Shown: positions 33,947 to 42,856 of the stretch, piece after piece
Layout: each line of letters begins with the position of its first letter
Numbering within the stretch: the stretch's first letter is position 1
Assembly (NCBI GenBank): GCA_964520655.1
Contig: CAZFNI010000002.1
Location: 64,770-128,769 of the forward strand
Length of the DNA stretch: 64,000 nucleotides
Direction of reading: 5' to 3'
Origin: an uncultured Planctomycetales bacterium
Lineage (GTDB): Bacteria; Omnitrophota; Gorgyraeia; Zapsychrales; Fredricksoniimonadaceae
Translations under genes and position numbers: made by a program
Notes under the pieces: model-generated
Database searches by the model: none
What the model was told of the DNA's origin: nothing
What the model saw: the letters and a program-made list of their open reading frames with translations, nothing else

Positions 33947-34975
33947 TTAGGCTTTGTTGTAGTGGAACATGGCCTCTAATGTTTTCAAGGCTTTTAAACG
34001 AATGTCTTCGGAAAAATGAACCCGGTCTTTGGGCAATGGATTCTTCAAAACCCTTAAGATGTCTTCTAAGGTGTTGGATTTCATGTAACGGCACATGGTG
34101 CAGCTGCCGACCAGCTTCTTGTCGGGAAATTCCGACTGCAGACGGCCCGAGAGCCCGCATTCGGTCAGCATTAAGAATTCTTTGGATTTTGTTTCTCTCA
34201 TGTACCCTAACATCTGTTCCGTTGAGCCGACAAAGTCTGAATTATCAATGATATTGGCATTACATTCCGGGTGACTGACGATCTTGGCCTCTGGATGTTC
34301 CAGTCGGACTTTCAAGATCTGTTCCACGTCATATTCTTCATGAACGTAACAAGTACCACTGTAATAGCGGATGTCTTTTTTGATGCCTTTGCGGGCCATG
34401 AAATTCTTCAAATTCTCGCCCATGAATTTATCCGGCAAGAAATAGATCTTGTCATTCGGGAAACGCTCAACGACGGTGTACACATTCGCGGAGGTGACAC
34501 ACACATCGCATTCCGCTTTGACTTCCGCGGTCGTATTGACATAACAGACAAACGCATAACCGGGAAACTCTTTGCGCAACGCTCTAACCTGGTCGGCATT
34601 GATCGAATCGGCCAGCGAACATCCGTCCAACGGTGCAGGTATCAACACTTCTTTTTCCGGGTTAAGGATCTTGGCCGTCTCTCCCATAAAGCGCACGGCG
34701 GTAAACACGATCGTCGATGCCTTAGTTGTCATGGCATCCTTGCTTAACTTATAGGAATCCCCAACGAAATCCGCCACGCCGTAAATGATCTCGGGGGTTA
34801 TATAGGAATGCGCCAGGATAACCGCGTTCTTTTGGGCTTTAAGATCATTGATCTCATTGATCAAAGGCACCAATTCCTCGCATTTACGCAAAGAATATTG
34901 GCACACGGCGGCCCCAAGCTTAATATTCTTAAGCTTTTCGTACAACGCTTCGGCTGTGAGATGAGTCTTTAACAT
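33947..34975 (-). CDS. nadA: quinolinate synthase
   Basis: full-length NadA similarity (AHSY, VCYVNT, HPEC, conserved Cys for 4Fe-4S); start chosen at internal Met. Confidence 0.85.
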   Translation of the reverse strand: MLKTHLTAEALYEKLKNIKLGAAVCQYSLRKCEELVPLINEINDLKAQKNAVILAHSYITPEIIYGVADFVGDSYKLSKDAMTTKASTIVFTAVRFMGETAKILNPEKEVLIPAPLDGCSLADSINADQVRALRKEFPGYAFVCYVNTTAEVKAECDVCVTSANVYTVVERFPNDKIYFLPDKFMGENLKNFMARKGIKKDIRYYSGTCYVHEEYDVEQILKVRLEHPEAKIVSHPECNANIIDNSDFVGSTEQMLGYMRETKSKEFLMLTECGLSGRLQSEFPDKKLVGSCTMCRYMKSNTLEDILRVLKNPLPKDRVHFSEDIRLKALKTLEAMFHYNKA

Positions 34976-35032
34976 AGAATGGGTTATTTTACTGTATTCT
35001 GAAGGATTTTCAAGCATTACCATCAGATTGGC

Positions 35033-36421
35033 TTAACACTTCTCGCCCCTTAAAACATGGGGCGTGGCCTCAGTGATGCGGACTTTTAAAAGAGTGCCGA
35101 TAGGGTGTCCCTGGGTGGAAAGAACGACAAGCTTGCCTCCATCCGTTCTGCCGACACTATGCAGATGAGCCTTCTCGCCTGTGGCCGGCTCGATCAAGAT
35201 GGTCAACACTTGACCGATATGAGCTCTGTTCTTTTTAAGAGTGATCTCTTTTTGAATATCATTGAGCTGCATGATGCGCTCTGTTTTCTTTTCTTCGCTC
35301 ACATCATCGGGATATTTCTTGGAGGCAATGGTGCCTTTGCGCTCGGAATATTTGAACATGAACGCGGAATCGAATTCCACGGTCTTGATCACATCGATTG
35401 TATCCTTAAACTCTTCATCTGTTTCGGTCGGGAAACCAACGATCACGTCCGTTGACAGCACAAGTCCTGGGATGCGTTTGCGCATTTTATCGACCAAGGA
35501 CAAAAAATCCGACTTGGTGTAGGTGCGGCTCATCAGATCAAGGACACGGTCATTGCCCGCCTGTAAGGGCATGTGCACCTGTTTGCAGATCTTGGGATTA
35601 TTGGCCATCAGATCAATGAATTTATCCGGAAAATCTTTGGGGTGCGGTGAGGTAAAACGCACGCGTTCAATCCCCGAAACAAGGCTTACCACTTCCATCA
35701 GATCGGCGAAATCTTTATCCTCGTGGCGATAAGAATTTACGTTCTGACCAAGCAAAGTCACCTGCTTAAATCCCTCCGCCGCCAACTGCTTGACCTCTTC
35801 GACCACATTTTCAACAGAACGGCTGCGTTCCCGGCCACGGGTATAGGGCACAACGCAAAACGTGCAAAAATTATTGCACCCGCGCATGACCGCGATCCAG
35901 GCATTGATCCCTTCCTTGCGGCTAGGGGTTATGTCCGCATAGGTCTCGAATTCAGAAAGGGTGACATCAAATGGCTTCTCGCCAGAACCTGCAGCTTCAC
36001 TGATCAACTCCGGAAGACGTTTATAACTGTCCGGCCCCGCGATAAAATCCACGCGCATGCTGCGGTCTTCAAAGATCTCCTGACGCAGATTGGTCGCCAT
36101 GCACCCCAAGATCCCAATGAGCACAGGACGACCATTGCGTTCATGACGAATAGAATGCACCCGCCCATAGACCTTACGGTGCGCATTCTCACGGATGGCG
36201 CAGGTGTTAAGCATCACAATGTCGGCAACTTCTTCAGAAGAAACGAACTCATAATTGGCCTTGCGCAGGATAGAGCGCACCAGCTCCGAGTCGTATTCGT
36301 TCATCTGACATCCGTAGGTCTCCAATAGCACGCGCTTTCCTGCCGACGAGGCAGGGAGTTTCTGCTCTGGATTCCCGACGGTGTTGTCGTTTGTTGCGCT
36401 ATGTTCGACGTGTTGCTCCAT
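35033..36421 (-). CDS. miaB: tRNA-i6A37 methylthiotransferase
   Basis: ETYGCQMNEYDSE MTTase N-domain, radical-SAM CxxxCxxC, TRAM domain; N-terminal start ambiguous and overlapped by recombinase gene. Confidence 0.9.
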   Translation of the reverse strand: MEQHVEHSATNDNTVGNPEQKLPASSAGKRVLLETYGCQMNEYDSELVRSILRKANYEFVSSEEVADIVMLNTCAIRENAHRKVYGRVHSIRHERNGRPVLIGILGCMATNLRQEIFEDRSMRVDFIAGPDSYKRLPELISEAAGSGEKPFDVTLSEFETYADITPSRKEGINAWIAVMRGCNNFCTFCVVPYTRGRERSRSVENVVEEVKQLAAEGFKQVTLLGQNVNSYRHEDKDFADLMEVVSLVSGIERVRFTSPHPKDFPDKFIDLMANNPKICKQVHMPLQAGNDRVLDLMSRTYTKSDFLSLVDKMRKRIPGLVLSTDVIVGFPTETDEEFKDTIDVIKTVEFDSAFMFKYSERKGTIASKKYPDDVSEEKKTERIMQLNDIQKEITLKKNRAHIGQVLTILIEPATGEKAHLHSVGRTDGGKLVVLSTQGHPIGTLLKVRITEATPHVLRGEKC

Positions 36422-38001
36422 TTGATTCCTTCTTCGTAACATGTTTGCCACGGTTCATTTAATTCAAACGTGACAATCTCTTGATTTTGAATGTAAATCG
36501 ATTTAAAAATAATCCTCATAAACGTTTTTATGAGGAAATCCATCTGCTCACTATCCGGCGCTTTTCTTAAATGTAAAAGAAAATCCTGTGTTGCCCTTGT
36601 CAGATTGATCGAATTGCGTTTATCTAAAATCTTTAACTGTACACCTTTGATATCCTGCTTTAATTTCTTTTCTTCATTACGCAACAATTCCGCGCGATCT
36701 TTATAAATTTCAAGGTTGATGCTATCCTGCGCAAAGACTTCATACAAGCCTTTTTGTTTCTCGAGATTCTTGTTCAGTAATTTTGTTAATCCCTCCAACT
36801 CATCTAAAAAAATCTGCTCGGGCTGAGACGCATTGAGTTTGATCATGTCCCCGAATTCTTCTAGGACATGCAGGTTCTGGCATACCACATTAACGATGTC
36901 CCAAACCTGTTTGCCAATCGCATCCGCGGAAACGCTGGCATTGTCGCATTTCAAATATGAAACGCCTTTGGATGAACAGCGATACCACGGATGTTTAACC
37001 TTGGTGCGATGATTCGAAATAGACATAATACCACGAAAATTGCCATTGCACACTTTACATTTTAGCACACCCGAAAAATGATAGTTGTTGTTTTTAAACT
37101 TCACAACAGCATTCGTGCGATTACGTTTAAGTAAGACCGATGCTTCATCAAACTGCTTTTGAGTAATAATTGGTTCATGGACATTCGGCACCTCAACAAT
37201 TTTAGAAGGATCGTTGGCCACATATTTATAAGTTTTACCCTCTCCATCTTTTGTTTTAGCTCTTGGATCATAACGATGCCGGTTCCACACTAATGTACCC
37301 AAGTATACTTTACTTTTAAGAATCGTGCCGATGAATTTGGTGTAAAACTTACCGCCTTGGCGGGAAGATGTTCCAAGCCGATAAAAATGTCCGGCGATTT
37401 GCGAAGTGCTTTGGCCACTGATATAGCGATCATAAATTTCACGGACAATTTTTGCTTCTGGTTCATGTATTTCGAGCTTTTTAATGTCTTTGTTATAACG
37501 ATAACCATACGGTGCATAACGTGCCCCTTGCCAGTGACCTTTCTTAACACCCACCAGCATTCCCGGAAAAACACGTTCTACTAAACGGTTTCGTTCAAAC
37601 TCTGCGCAACTTCCCAACATTTGAATGGCCATCTTTCCGGCGCTGGATGTTGTGTCAAAAGGTTCGGTTGCGGATTTATAACCGACACCAAGAGAATCAA
37701 ATTCTTCCAAAAGTCCCAAGAGATCTTTTAAACGACGGCTTAAACGGTCTTGCTTATACACCATGACCAAATCAAACTGTTTATTACGCGCATCAAAAAG
37801 AAGCCTCTGCAAAGCAGGCCGATCCATATTCCCACCGGAATAGCCATCATCCATGTAGACGTCTCTGCCGGGAATACTGCAAAAAACCTCCCAGCCAAAG
37901 TTTTGCGCGTATTGCAACAAAAACGTGCGTTGCACCTCCAGCGAAAAACCTTCGCGGGCTTGATCCTCTGTGCTAACTCTTGTATATAGGGCGACTTTCA
38001 T
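36301..38001 (-). CDS. large serine recombinase (resolvase-N catalytic domain + recombinase domain + zinc ribbon + coiled coil)
   Basis: YTRVSTEDQ catalytic-Ser motif, recombinase domain, CKVCNG...C zinc ribbon; 566 aa. Confidence 0.9.
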   Translation of the reverse strand: MKVALYTRVSTEDQAREGFSLEVQRTFLLQYAQNFGWEVFCSIPGRDVYMDDGYSGGNMDRPALQRLLFDARNKQFDLVMVYKQDRLSRRLKDLLGLLEEFDSLGVGYKSATEPFDTTSSAGKMAIQMLGSCAEFERNRLVERVFPGMLVGVKKGHWQGARYAPYGYRYNKDIKKLEIHEPEAKIVREIYDRYISGQSTSQIAGHFYRLGTSSRQGGKFYTKFIGTILKSKVYLGTLVWNRHRYDPRAKTKDGEGKTYKYVANDPSKIVEVPNVHEPIITQKQFDEASVLLKRNRTNAVVKFKNNNYHFSGVLKCKVCNGNFRGIMSISNHRTKVKHPWYRCSSKGVSYLKCDNASVSADAIGKQVWDIVNVVCQNLHVLEEFGDMIKLNASQPEQIFLDELEGLTKLLNKNLEKQKGLYEVFAQDSINLEIYKDRAELLRNEEKKLKQDIKGVQLKILDKRNSINLTRATQDFLLHLRKAPDSEQMDFLIKTFMRIIFKSIYIQNQEIVTFELNEPWQTCYEEGIKWSNTSNIAQQTTTPSGIQSRNSLPRRQESACYWRPTDVR

Positions 38002-38039
38002 AATCTTATTTTGTCGGGAGTGTACCGTAGTTTCGCATC

Positions 38040-38255
38040 TTATTCAAAGGCTTCTTGGCCTTCTTTTGCTTTTAACTGTCTTGCCGAATGGGTTGATAAA
38101 AACATCTTGGTCAACGTTTCAATGCCATCATAAAACGACTTTCGCGCTTGCGCGATTTCGCCCGCAGAGAGTCCTTTGGCTTTTAGCTTTTCCTCCAAAG
38201 ATTCCCAGCCGCGGGGTTCTTTATGGCCTAAATTTGACGTTGTTTCCGTAATCAT
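38040..38255 (-). CDS. hypothetical small protein (71 aa) of the element
   Basis: ORF only. Confidence 0.3.
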   Translation of the reverse strand: MITETTSNLGHKEPRGWESLEEKLKAKGLSAGEIAQARKSFYDGIETLTKMFLSTHSARQLKAKEGQEAFE

Positions 38256-38281
38256 TTGACTTACCTAAAATAGGACATTCG

Positions 38282-38300
38282 GACATCGCCAATGTCCGGT
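38282..38300. promoter_or_regulatory. perfect 7-bp-stem inverted repeat CGGACAT-cgcca-ATGTCCG upstream of 71-aa ORF
   Basis: seen directly; flanked by additional GGACAT/GTCCGAC half-sites. Confidence 0.3.
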
Positions 38301-38426
38301 TTGTCCGACCCGATGTCGCACCGTAAAATTACGTTGTCGACGAGAAATTACCTTAACAGATCCTCTAACTCGTCCTTTACGACCACGACATGACATTTTT
38401 AAAATTTTGAATCACTGACCGTCCGC

Positions 38427-38472
38427 GCCTCGCCTGACCCGCACCCGGCACCCACCATGGAAGGACCCATTC
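38427..38472. repeat. GC-rich ~45-bp direct repeat copy A (CGCCTCGCCTGACCCGCACCCGGCACCC..GGAAGGACCCAT)
   Basis: second imperfect copy at 42811-42856. Confidence 0.7.
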
Positions 38473-38487
38473 TTTATTTGTGAACGT

Positions 38488-38774
38488 TGTGAGGCTAAAA
38501 TCCCCATCCTTACACCTTGCCTTTCCCACTCCTTTTTTACCCGTCGTGTGAGCTCTTTCTTTTATTTTTTATTACTTAAGAAAATTAGCCTCACACAGCT
38601 CACACTTTCACTTAACCAATTGTGTTTTAATCACTTAACCATGTGAGCAAGGCTGTGAGTTGAGCGTGAGCAAGAATTTCTACTCACACTTTAGAATGGC
38701 CTTTTCTCAAAAAGACTGTGAGTTGACTCATCTTCATCACCGTTGCTCACGCCCTGCTCACAGTCCACCTCACA
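38488..38774. repeat. iteron-like array: ~12 copies of TGTGAG / CTCACA in both orientations, with adjacent AT-rich stretch (38556-38590)
   Basis: motifs located at 38488, 38547, 38590, 38599, 38643, 38655, 38667, 38683, 38717, 38746, 38757, 38769; overlaps 3' end of Prim-Pol gene. Confidence 0.6.
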
Positions 38775-41054
38775 GGCCTTTTTGTCAATTTTACGCAAAA
38801 CAAAAAGACGCCTTCCTGTCCCGGCCTCCCGTTTGGGTAACCGGATGACATCAATCCCTGTGCTACGCATGACCGGAGCAATTCTCATTAATTCACTCGA
38901 TAACCAGCGGGGTGTATTGGGGATTGTTTTATCTTTTGTTCCTTCCGGGGTGATTATGGCCAATAACTCCGCCGCTGACCCTGACCATTCTCCATTATTG
39001 GTCATGACCAAAGTTGTTAACCGTCTGACCAAGGGGCTCTCCTCCGCCGTATTTTCCCATTTATGGTCAACCGACTCTTTGTAATTACTCAAAAATTCCT
39101 GACGAGAAAATCCAAGTTCATCCGCAAGTGCCATGCCCCACCGCACATAGTCAGCCATTCGGAATTTTTCATGACCAGTGACACTGTTCACATGATTCAT
39201 GGCTTTTGAAATAGCCGTAAAGAATCCACCGAGAATTCCCGGCAGAGCATTTTTCCATTCCTCGTTAATCTGCCCCTCGGAACGTCCATCTTTTAAAATC
39301 GGAATATCGAAGAGGATGGAACGATCCAGTAAATCCGGCCGCCACATCAAGCTGCCGATGCCATTGATGACAAAACAGCGGCGATAGGACCGGATAAATT
39401 CATCATCATTGGTATAAAGGCTGCGTTTCATGTCGCCCTCGCCGGTAACACCACGGCAGAGAAAATCGCTGAACCACTCAATAATTTTGGAAAGATTATC
39501 GAACGCACTCACCCAATGTTTGTCCGCTGTCATTTGTGCTTGTTCGAGGTCCTTGGGCGATGAGATTAACTCAACTTTGGAAGGATCAACCAGCCTTTTG
39601 ATCGCGCGGCTGTTGTAGGATTTCCCACTTCCCTGTTCACCGTTTTGGCTGACGATCACATGAGGAATATTGGGAATAAAATAGGTGGCCGTAGTCACAA
39701 TAAAAAGACATTGGTCATCCTCGTTGAGATTACAAAACCGGAGAATGTCTTTCGGATCGCCACCTAATACCGGCATGACTTGTTCATTTTGGTGACTATA
39801 ACGACGGAAAATAGGCGGCAGATAAATGATCTCCCATCCGTTTGGCGTAATGCGTACACCTCGCCAATCTGGAGTCGTTAAGTCGAAATAAATCGCTCCA
39901 CCGTAATGACCCACACGGTTAAAAAGCTCGATTTGCCGTGAGTCTTCACATTTGGCTTCCAACTGAATGATGGCCTGATTAATGGATTCGCTATTGGGCG
40001 GGGTTTTGTGTCTGGCGCGATAGCCTTTCGCTATCCAGTTGCGGAATCTTGTACTTTTGGTCTGACAAACTTCCGAATGCTTATCAATCGGCAAGACCAC
40101 ATAGAAGCTTCCTTGCTGGTCGCGAAAAGTATCTTTGATGATCTCTTCGCATTCTTTTGTGATGATTTCGCCTTGAGAAACTTTTTGTTTGGTTGGAGTA
40201 AAAACTTCATCGCAACCGCTGACTGCCTCATCGATTACGCCCTGACCGTAGGTCCGGCCATCGGCATAATGTTTTGTGTCCCATTTTTCCCTGAATAATT
40301 TGGATTGCCGGAAGATGGAATCCATGAGCGCCGGGTTTCGCCCCGTCCAAAATGCTAATTTGCCGCATAATGCTAGATCCGCTTCGCTTTGTGAACTGTA
40401 ATGACCTTCCCACTCTCCGCTAAAAAGCTGATTAAACTTATCGGCGTCTTTACTTTGAGCAATAGCTTCTAAGATTTCTTCAACACTTCGAGGCTTTTTC
40501 TTTTGTTTTTTGGTCTTTGGTTTGGAGGAGTTTTCTTCGATTAATTTGTTTAAACCCTCGCTTTGCTCTTCGATAACCGCAGGGTATTCTTCCAATCGAT
40601 TCCCTGTAAACGTAAAAAATCGACCATTGGTATAAATTTCTATTTTGGATTTTTTGATAGCGCGGCTGATTTCTCCTTTACAGATTACATGTACGCCCGT
40701 GCCGCTAGGTGAGAGTTCCGAATATGAACCAAGCCGTTTGAGGATTTCAATAGTATGAGATGCGATAATGCCATTCTTAACACAATTATCTAAATCAACG
40801 CCGACATACGGCGGTTGAAATACAAGCCCAATGGCATCGTAATTGCGCTGAATGGATAAATCTAAGGCATTCTCAAAATCAGTCCATGTGGAAGGGTCGT
40901 TGGACTTGGCACATTCGCCGGTTAAGGCGTTCATGGGGATTTTATCGGTCTTGCCTGGCCGGTCTTTACTGGGAACAATCTTGCACCCGACCCAATTGGG
41001 GAGTTTCTTTAATTCATCGGGCACATTGTTAATCAATTTCTGATAATCGATCAT
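38691..41054 (-). CDS. replication protein: bifunctional DNA primase/polymerase (Prim-Pol) N-domain + PriCT_1-like domain + C-terminal P-loop NTPase (SF3/D5-like)
   Basis: Prim-Pol N-terminus, LALCGKLAFWTGRNPALMDSIFRQSKLFREKWD (PriCT-like), Walker A GEQGSGKSY. Confidence 0.8.
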   Translation of the reverse strand: MIDYQKLINNVPDELKKLPNWVGCKIVPSKDRPGKTDKIPMNALTGECAKSNDPSTWTDFENALDLSIQRNYDAIGLVFQPPYVGVDLDNCVKNGIIASHTIEILKRLGSYSELSPSGTGVHVICKGEISRAIKKSKIEIYTNGRFFTFTGNRLEEYPAVIEEQSEGLNKLIEENSSKPKTKKQKKKPRSVEEILEAIAQSKDADKFNQLFSGEWEGHYSSQSEADLALCGKLAFWTGRNPALMDSIFRQSKLFREKWDTKHYADGRTYGQGVIDEAVSGCDEVFTPTKQKVSQGEIITKECEEIIKDTFRDQQGSFYVVLPIDKHSEVCQTKSTRFRNWIAKGYRARHKTPPNSESINQAIIQLEAKCEDSRQIELFNRVGHYGGAIYFDLTTPDWRGVRITPNGWEIIYLPPIFRRYSHQNEQVMPVLGGDPKDILRFCNLNEDDQCLFIVTTATYFIPNIPHVIVSQNGEQGSGKSYNSRAIKRLVDPSKVELISSPKDLEQAQMTADKHWVSAFDNLSKIIEWFSDFLCRGVTGEGDMKRSLYTNDDEFIRSYRRCFVINGIGSLMWRPDLLDRSILFDIPILKDGRSEGQINEEWKNALPGILGGFFTAISKAMNHVNSVTGHEKFRMADYVRWGMALADELGFSRQEFLSNYKESVDHKWENTAEESPLVRRLTTLVMTNNGEWSGSAAELLAIITPEGTKDKTIPNTPRWLSSELMRIAPVMRSTGIDVIRLPKREAGTGRRLFVLRKIDKKACEVDCEQGVSNGDEDESTHSLFEKRPF

Positions 41055-41349
41055 GAGTTGTTCCTTCCATCTTCTTGACGTTCTCAATCAATTTTTCATA
41101 GTAACTGTTGACTTGATTTTCAATCTCATCAGCGACCGGTTTATGAATCGGTTTAAAACAATGAACTCTTAGTCCCGTGACTAAATACCTCACTGGATAA
41201 ACCAGTCTGTATCCGGGCTGATCGATGCGCGTGTAGATGGCCACATCGCCGACAAAGAACGAATCATTAAGGACAAATGAAGCAAACGCCACCAATCCCT
41301 TATTGGGTCTCACCGGCACGATTTGAATTTCTGTTAACTTGATCGTCAT
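41029..41349 (-). CDS. SpoVG-like nucleic-acid-binding protein
   Basis: IQIVPVRPNKGLVAFASFVLNDSFFVGDVAIY...PGYRLVYPVR aligns with SpoVG core. Confidence 0.55.
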   Translation of the reverse strand: MTIKLTEIQIVPVRPNKGLVAFASFVLNDSFFVGDVAIYTRIDQPGYRLVYPVRYLVTGLRVHCFKPIHKPVADEIENQVNSYYEKLIENVKKMEGTTHDRLSEID

Positions 41350-41504
41350 CAATTTTTCCTCTCTATAAAATAAAAAATCCCGTGCAATAAGTTTCATTAC
41401 ACAGGATAGCAAAACCAAAAATTTATGGTATTTACTGCAACAGGCTGGAATTATACCGATTTCAGTCTACTGAATGCCTTTTAGAAAAAGACGTTTCAGT
41501 ATAG

Positions 41505-42563
41505 TCAACCCTTCTTTCTGGGCTTTGATGGAGGTTTTTTAACTTTCATCTCCTTAAGATATTTCCTCCATACTGCCATGTCTTGCCGTTTTTTGTGCTT
41601 CACCTTCTCTTGATATCGTTGATAGTACGTTTTGTTTCGTGCGCTCTTACCGCAGTCTTTCCCTTCACTTAATAATGAGCAGTATTTCTTCTTCTCATCA
41701 AAAACAAAAGCATTACCGCAAGACGCGCATCTTGAAATAATCTTTTTGTGATACAAATCATCAAGCATGTCATTGAGAAATGAAAAGCAGAATCTCGCCA
41801 GAGGATCTTGTGACTCTGCCACGCTTTCGACAAAGGCGTAGAGCCCTTTGAGATATTGCTTGTCGATATCTCCACCATTAACAGCCCAATTACTTATCTG
41901 ACCCACCGCATCTAATAAACGGAAAAATTCTTTCTTGCTGATTCCGGCATATCCAAGCTCAAAACAGAGGGTGTCATAAAAATGACTAAACCACGCGTGA
42001 ATATCCTCTTTTAAAAAATGCACGCTTAAACCGAAATAGGAAGCCGCAAATGGATAAATACATGCGTGCTTTGCTTCGAATATGTGACCAGTCTTAGGCT
42101 CAACCTCGATGGCTGGAGCAATGGCCAGATCCACCAAAATCACATTCTGCTTTTTACTCAAATGTTGCTTTAGATAATCACTTTCAACAAGACCAAAATC
42201 TTTCAACTCGACCGTGATAGGTGAAGGTCGTTTCTGTCCATGGGCCAACAAAGACTCCATTGCTTGAAAGTCCCCTTTTGTTCTGCCTAAAATCTTCCCA
42301 AACCGGTACTCCTCCGGAGAAATAGCAACGCCTGTAATATCAAAAAATGGATTCACCAAAGCCAATAAGTAAAGATCATAATAAAATTCCGAGGATTTTT
42401 CGGAAGGACCAGTAACGCTATAAGGGAAACTTAATATCTGCCCGCGCACATGGTAATCTTTATATTTCGATGGACAGAAAACTTCTATGGGCTTGGGAAA
42501 TTTTCTAGCGTACGGATATTTATCAAGCGGCGCCTTAGGGTGGTAGATATAACTCTTCGTCAA
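41505..42563 (-). CDS. hypothetical protein (352 aa) with C-terminal Cys4 zinc-ribbon and basic tail
   Basis: CASCGN...C...C then K/R-rich tail; no family recognised. Confidence 0.5.
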   Translation of the reverse strand: MTKSYIYHPKAPLDKYPYARKFPKPIEVFCPSKYKDYHVRGQILSFPYSVTGPSEKSSEFYYDLYLLALVNPFFDITGVAISPEEYRFGKILGRTKGDFQAMESLLAHGQKRPSPITVELKDFGLVESDYLKQHLSKKQNVILVDLAIAPAIEVEPKTGHIFEAKHACIYPFAASYFGLSVHFLKEDIHAWFSHFYDTLCFELGYAGISKKEFFRLLDAVGQISNWAVNGGDIDKQYLKGLYAFVESVAESQDPLARFCFSFLNDMLDDLYHKKIISRCASCGNAFVFDEKKKYCSLLSEGKDCGKSARNKTYYQRYQEKVKHKKRQDMAVWRKYLKEMKVKKPPSKPRKKG

Positions 42564-42810
42564 ATTCTCCTCACTTTTTCAAACTTAAACACCTTCAAAT
42601 CATATCAAAAAAGTATCGATTATTCCAACTTCATACCAAATGTCATTTGTAACATAGGCATGTTACACTTTTTGACGATCAACAGGATAAGGCTCAACTA
42701 CGAAATTTGTTATTCCCGACGAGGCTTGGCTTTCGAAGATTAAAGGAAGCGTTTGATCTGCCTTTAGTAACGTAACATTCAAAAAAATACTTTTTTGCGA
42801 ACGGGCTGCC

Positions 42811-42856
42811 TTCGCCTCGCCCGACCCGCACCCGGCACCCCCCTCGGAAGGACCCA
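42811..42856. repeat. GC-rich ~45-bp direct repeat copy B
   Basis: TCGCCTCGCCCGACCCGCACCCGGCACCCCCCTCGGAAGGACCCAT; about 40/46 identical to copy A. Confidence 0.7.

Noticed and set aside
38427-38472. Possible tRNA/tmRNA 3' end (copy A ends ...CACCCACCA) as integration target
   Set aside because: Attempted cloverleaf folding gives no complementary T-stem or acceptor stem on either strand. Copy B lacks the CCA-like ending.
37970-39084. Plus-strand ORFs 37970-38251, 38660-38848, 38743-39084 inside the element
   Set aside because: Antisense to recombinase, 71-aa and Prim-Pol genes; no domain similarity. The iteron region makes spurious open frames likely.
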